A DNA stretch of 64,000 nt. Origin: Nitrospinota bacterium (lineage in GTDB: Bacteria; Nitrospinota; Nitrospinia; Nitrospinales; VA-1). The stretch covers positions 22,330-86,329 of the forward strand of contig JAQCGX010000007.1 of assembly GCA_027619975.1 (NCBI GenBank), written 5' to 3'. A program made the translations under genes and the position numbers. Position 1 is the stretch's first letter. Every line of letters begins with the position of its first letter. The notes under the pieces were generated by a model that saw nothing but the letters and a program-made list of their open reading frames with translations, had not been told where the DNA came from and did not search any database. Of the stretch, positions 59,456-64,000 are shown piece by piece.

Positions 59456-60457
59456 CTAGTGGTAGATCTTTGCAGGGGTGTATCGATCGACGGTATGATC
59501 CGCGATGGTGATCAAATGTTCGCGGTATTCTGGATTTTGGAAATTAGTTTTTAGTAAGGTGTTTTTGGCTCGGTCCAGATATTCACGGGCAAGGTTCAAT
59601 GTGTATTCCACGGATTTGACCTCACGCATGCGTTCCAAAATGTATTCGAATTCCTTTTGGGTGATATTTTCGTTTTGGATAAAGGATTCGATTTTCTTTT
59701 TCAATGCGTTATCGCCGTTTTCGTAAACGTGCAACAACGGCAGGGTGACATGCCCCTCTTTAAAGTCGGTGCCTGGAGGTTTGCCAAGAAGGTCTTCATC
59801 GCCTTCATAATCCATGGCATCGTCCACCAATTGAAAGGCCATGCCAAAATCGTTGCCGAAAGTGATCAGGGAATGCACTTGTTCTTCGTTGGCGTTGGCC
59901 AATAACGCGCCCATCTCACAACTCACGGAAATGATGGATGCGGTTTTCCGGTAAATCACGTCGAGACAGTGTTTTTTGCTGACTTGAAGCTTTCTGGCGT
60001 GCGTGTATTCGAGAATCCCCCCCTCGACAAGAATTCGGGTGGCTTCGGCAACGGCGCGGATAATTTTAGCGTTACAATCCTCAGCCAGGAGGAGGATGGC
60101 GCGCGAGATTAAAAAATCTCCGACCAGAATACTGGCGTCGTTTCCCCACTTGGAGTTCACGGTTTCATGCCCACGCCGGACGGTGGTCTCATCCACAACA
60201 TCGTCGTGCAGAAGGGTGGCTGAATGAATGTATTCAACAACACAGCCATGCTTGATGACGGTGTCGTCAATATCGCGACCGCAGAGTTTTGCGGATATCA
60301 GGGTCAGCAGGGGGCGGACTCGCTTTCCCCCTCCATCCATGAGATAAGAACTGATGCCGGGAATCAGAGGAACGTCCGATTCATAGTTCTTTCGGATGGC
60401 TTCCTCAAGCTTTACCAGTTCTTTTTTGAATTGTATTGTTACCGCGTTAAAATCCAT
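59456..60457 (-). CDS. ispB: Polyprenyl (octaprenyl-type) diphosphate synthase
   Basis: GGKRVRP, LLHDDVVD...RRG, KTA, FQLVDD, GK..GTDFKEG. Confidence 0.88.
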   Translation of the reverse strand: MDFNAVTIQFKKELVKLEEAIRKNYESDVPLIPGISSYLMDGGGKRVRPLLTLISAKLCGRDIDDTVIKHGCVVEYIHSATLLHDDVVDETTVRRGHETVNSKWGNDASILVGDFLISRAILLLAEDCNAKIIRAVAEATRILVEGGILEYTHARKLQVSKKHCLDVIYRKTASIISVSCEMGALLANANEEQVHSLITFGNDFGMAFQLVDDAMDYEGDEDLLGKPPGTDFKEGHVTLPLLHVYENGDNALKKKIESFIQNENITQKEFEYILERMREVKSVEYTLNLAREYLDRAKNTLLKTNFQNPEYREHLITIADHTVDRYTPAKIYH

Positions 60458-60671
60458 ATATGACCTACCGTTTTTGGAATATTTTATATATGGTCGAACG
60501 ATCTGGGGGGATGCTAAATCAACACCCTGAGTAGATATTATTAATCCAGTGAATCTGGCGGAAACTATTATTTTTATGGGAAAAAGGGCATTTTGTCAAG
60601 CCAATTGTGGGTTTCCACAAAACTTAAGAAGACCGAATTTTTATGTCCTAAAGTTTTATATACCGTAATTT

Positions 60672-61586
60672 ATGGAAACTAAATTCAAAACGATGAATCC
60701 GATGGTGACAGTCATCCTGCCGACTTATAACCGCGCTGGATTTTTAAAGGAATCGATCGAATCCGTTTTGTCCCAAACTTTTACCGATTTTGAGTTGATT
60801 GTGGTCGATGATGGCTCCACAGACCATACAAAAGAGGTGGTTCAGGAGTTCCCCGAGACTCGCTATATATTCTGCCCGGAAAACAAAGGGGTGTCGAAGG
60901 CCAGAAACCAGGGAATCGCGCTGGCCAGGGGCCGCTATATCTGCTTTCTTGATTCCGATGATTTGTGGGTGGAGAATAAACTGGAGACTCAGATTGCGTG
61001 GATGGAATCGCAAACGGACTGTCAAGTATGCTATACCGATGAAATCTGGATTCGCAAGGGAGTGCGGGTCAACCCCTTGAACAAGCATCGTAAAGTTACG
61101 GGGAATATTTTCTCCGATTGCCTGTCGCTTTGTATCATCAGCGCTTCATCTGTTCTGATGAGGGCTTCGCTTTTTTCAGAAGTGGGTCTGTTCGACGAGG
61201 CGTTGGCGGTTTGCGAGGATTATGACCTGTGGTTGCGGATTTCCCTGAGATACCCGGTTCATTTGATTGACCAGAAGTTAATCGTCAAGCGGGGAGGGCA
61301 TGAGGATCAATTGTCCTTCAGATATTGGGGGATGGACCGGTTTCGGGTAGTTGCCCTTCTAAAGCTCCTTCGGGAACCGTTACTTGGGGAAGAACGGCGG
61401 ACTCAGGTAATCGAGATGATGCAGACCAAATGCGGTATTCTGGTTCTGGGGTTTGCCAAGCGCGGAAAGGTCAAGGAAGTGGAATATTATCGGTCCCTGG
61501 TAAAACTATATTCCGGCGGAGAAAGTCTGGAAGGGATGCCGGAAACAGAGGAGTTGAATGCTCTGCAAATACCAGGGTTGGAATAA
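60672..61586 (+). CDS. Glycosyltransferase family 2
   Basis: VILPTYNRA, VVDDGSTD, ARNQGI, FLDSDD, EDYDLWLR. Confidence 0.92.
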   Translation: METKFKTMNPMVTVILPTYNRAGFLKESIESVLSQTFTDFELIVVDDGSTDHTKEVVQEFPETRYIFCPENKGVSKARNQGIALARGRYICFLDSDDLWVENKLETQIAWMESQTDCQVCYTDEIWIRKGVRVNPLNKHRKVTGNIFSDCLSLCIISASSVLMRASLFSEVGLFDEALAVCEDYDLWLRISLRYPVHLIDQKLIVKRGGHEDQLSFRYWGMDRFRVVALLKLLREPLLGEERRTQVIEMMQTKCGILVLGFAKRGKVKEVEYYRSLVKLYSGGESLEGMPETEELNALQIPGLE

Positions 61587-61610
61587 GAAATTTAAAAAGT
61601 TGGCTGAACC

Positions 61611-62750
61611 ATGCAAAATTTAAAAAAATTAATCGGGACCGCATCCTTTTTATTGGTTTTGTTGGTGATTACGACCACCCCTGCGGCGGTAGAAAAACCT
61701 GAAGACGCGATCCAGAAGCTGAGGCAGCGCTGTTTCTCAATTCTTTATCATGCGATTAAGAGTGAGAACGCCTATGTCCGTGGAGCCGCGGCCAGAGCGG
61801 CGGGAGAATCTCAAGACCCGGCGCTCATTCCGTTACTGAAAAAAGCCGCAACCGATGCTTACCACACCACCCGGTTGTTTGCCTTGCAGGCGTTTAAGAA
61901 TTTTTCTGAAGAGGAAGCGGCAGTCGTCGCCAAGAGTCTTGCAAACGATTCCAATGTCTGGGTAAAGAGTGCGGCTCTGGAAATGCTGGGGGATTTGGGC
62001 CGTCTGGAGGCCAGGGGGGACATTCGTCAGCACCTGAAATCGTCGGACCGCCCGGTGCGAATGGCCGCCGCCGCGTCTTTGTATAAGTTGGGGGAGAAGG
62101 AACACCTATCTATTTTGCTGGAGACGTTAAAAGATTCCAATTCCGTTTCAAGGTACCAGGCGATCGGTTATCTTGGAAAAATGCATGCGAAGGAAATGCT
62201 CCCTCATTTAATCGCCTTATTGGATGATGATGAGGACGAAGTTAAATTCTACAGTTTGAAAGCCATCGGTAAGTTGGCTGAGCCAGATATCTTCCCTCGC
62301 TTATCGGAATTGACATTGAGCGATAATCCTTCGGTACGTTATCAAGCGGCGCTGATCATGGGCTATTTACCCTCTGACGTTTCCGGGAGCCGCATCAAGG
62401 AACTGTGTGAAGACGAAGACCCGATGGTGCGAGTCTCCGCCGCGGTGTCGATGAATCGCATGGGCTCTGAAGCGTGCCGGGAGGTGTTTGCCGTAGAACT
62501 TAAACACTCGGATTACGGAGTTCGCAGTACCGTCGCCAGAATTCTTGTTGAAATTAACACGACAGATCGGGCGCAATTGTTGAGTCAGGCGCTCGAAGAT
62601 GAAAACACGCGCGTTCGTACAGCAGGAGTGCGTGCGGTGGGCATGATGGGTGGATCTGAGGCGTTTCCGCTTTTGATTCGTATGCTTGAGGACCCTCAGG
62701 AAGCGGTTCGGTCTTACGCGGCGGGTAATTTGATTAAACTCATGCAATGA
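61611..62750 (+). CDS. Exported HEAT-repeat protein
   Basis: Signal peptide and repeated D....VR..AA..LG units. Confidence 0.85.
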   Translation: MQNLKKLIGTASFLLVLLVITTTPAAVEKPEDAIQKLRQRCFSILYHAIKSENAYVRGAAARAAGESQDPALIPLLKKAATDAYHTTRLFALQAFKNFSEEEAAVVAKSLANDSNVWVKSAALEMLGDLGRLEARGDIRQHLKSSDRPVRMAAAASLYKLGEKEHLSILLETLKDSNSVSRYQAIGYLGKMHAKEMLPHLIALLDDDEDEVKFYSLKAIGKLAEPDIFPRLSELTLSDNPSVRYQAALIMGYLPSDVSGSRIKELCEDEDPMVRVSAAVSMNRMGSEACREVFAVELKHSDYGVRSTVARILVEINTTDRAQLLSQALEDENTRVRTAGVRAVGMMGGSEAFPLLIRMLEDPQEAVRSYAAGNLIKLMQ

Positions 62751-62829
62751 ACGACCCCGCCGCAAGCGGGCTGGGTATCCAAAAAGGATTTTAATTTAAA
62801 AGCCGTGCAAGCTACGGAGAATTAAACCC
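62749..62829. repeat. Paired hairpin element related (in reverse) to 12107-12240
   Basis: GACCCCGCCGCAAGCGGGCTGGGTATC ... GCCGTGCAAGCTACGGAGAATTAAACCC. Confidence 0.5.
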
Positions 62830-62934
62830 ACTGGTGGGATTAAAAAATAGGATGGTTGCTTGTGACAGTTTCTAATTTGGATATGAAAACATTTAAATGC
62901 TCTTAACCAATTTCATCAGGAAAGGAAAATAAAA

Positions 62935-63957
62935 ATGAAAATATCTGGAAAGTTCAATTTCCCCTTCACAGCTCTTTTATTTCTGGTGGCGGCTGGAATG
63001 ATTTCTGCAAACCCCCTTTCTGCCGAGGAAAGCGTCTACGAACCGTTGCCGGAAATGAAATATCCAGCGGACAATGCCTGGTCATCGGAAAAAGAAGAAC
63101 TGGGGAAAATGCTCTATTTTGATCCCAGGTTGTCCGGCAGTAACTGGATCAGTTGCGCGACTTGTCACAATCCTGGTCTGGGCTGGAGCGATGGGCTTCC
63201 ACGCGCTATTGGTCACGGGCAAAAGGAGCTGGGCCGCCATTCCCCAACAGTAATAAACAGCGGCTATTTCCCTTTACAAATGTGGGATGGCAGGAAAAAA
63301 AGTCTGGAGGACCAGGCCTTAGGCCCCATTGGCGCCGCCGGGGAGATGAATCAGGATTATGATGAGCTTGTCAATGAACTCAAGGCGATCCGCGGTTATG
63401 TCCATTTGTTTGACCGGGTCTTTGGCAAAAACTCAATCACCATGCAGAATGTGGGAAAAGCCATCGCCACGTTTGAACGCTCCGTCGTCTCAAATAATTC
63501 TGCCTACGATAGATATTGGCAGGGGGACAAAAAGGCTATGCCTGCGAGTGCGGTCAATGGCATGAATTTGTTTTTTGGAAAAGCCAAGTGTTCCATTTGT
63601 CACAATGGGCCTGCCTTCACAGACAGTAATTTTCATAACATCGGGGTCAAACAACACGGACCTTTGACGGTGGATTTGGGACGGTTCAATGAAAGCAAGG
63701 ATGATTTTGACAAGGGTGCTTTCAAGACTCCCGGTTTGCGCCATATCACACGTTCAGCACCTTACATGCATGATGGCAGTGCGACAACGCTGGAACAAGT
63801 GGTCGCTTTTTATAACCGTGGAGGGGATGTGGATCAGAACAAAAGTCCCTTCATCACCCCTCTGGGATTGACCCCTCAGGAGGAAAAAGACCTTGTTGAA
63901 TTTATGAAAGCGTTGGAAGGGGAACCTATCCTGGTCTTGATTCCCCAGCTTCCTTGA
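62935..63957 (+). CDS. Diheme cytochrome c peroxidase / MauG family protein
   Basis: Signal peptide, CATCH and CSICH heme motifs, QMWDGR, FKTPGLR, APYMHDG. Confidence 0.92.
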   Translation: MKISGKFNFPFTALLFLVAAGMISANPLSAEESVYEPLPEMKYPADNAWSSEKEELGKMLYFDPRLSGSNWISCATCHNPGLGWSDGLPRAIGHGQKELGRHSPTVINSGYFPLQMWDGRKKSLEDQALGPIGAAGEMNQDYDELVNELKAIRGYVHLFDRVFGKNSITMQNVGKAIATFERSVVSNNSAYDRYWQGDKKAMPASAVNGMNLFFGKAKCSICHNGPAFTDSNFHNIGVKQHGPLTVDLGRFNESKDDFDKGAFKTPGLRHITRSAPYMHDGSATTLEQVVAFYNRGGDVDQNKSPFITPLGLTPQEEKDLVEFMKALEGEPILVLIPQLP

Positions 63958-64000
63958 CGAATATCAAATCCTTCTCTTCCGGTTACAGGGAAGGGAAGGA

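Overview
A 64-kb bacterial chromosomal segment, mostly housekeeping genes. The gene content points to a chemolithoautotrophic nitrite oxidiser of the Nitrospinota (Nitrospina-like) type: aclB plus a long aclA for the reductive TCA cycle, an EbdC/NxrC-like heme b protein, a MauG/CcP-like diheme protein and LRR/HEAT/pentapeptide proteins. This assignment is inference, not a database result. Core genes include rsmD, mnmA, suhB, speA, lysA, ald, dnaE, ilvD, mutM, hrcA-grpE, xerC-hslVU-argB, comM, aclBA, cbiZ and ispB, plus tRNA-Glu(CTC) and tRNA-Gln(CTG). The first ~4.7 kb looks like a decayed island at the tRNA-Glu 3' end, carrying a split RLAN/RimK ATP-grasp/GNAT module, a Fic-HTH gene and a phospholipase C pseudogene. 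The two best candidates for undescribed systems are (1) a fused ATP-grasp ligase/Cys4-FMN alpha-hydroxy-acid dehydrogenase coupled to an HpcH-type aldolase just upstream of aclBA, and (2) an operon of a CYCxC protein, TlpA, a His/Met-rich membrane protein, an orphan cytochrome b and a glutaredoxin-like protein. The non-coding DNA holds a nested stack of several palindromic repeat and MITE families (12.0-12.75 kb), two IS3 left-end remnants in front of genes, and a repeated TGTAG-N9-CTACA palindrome next to sigma54-like motifs. No CRISPR array, rRNA or intact transposase was seen.
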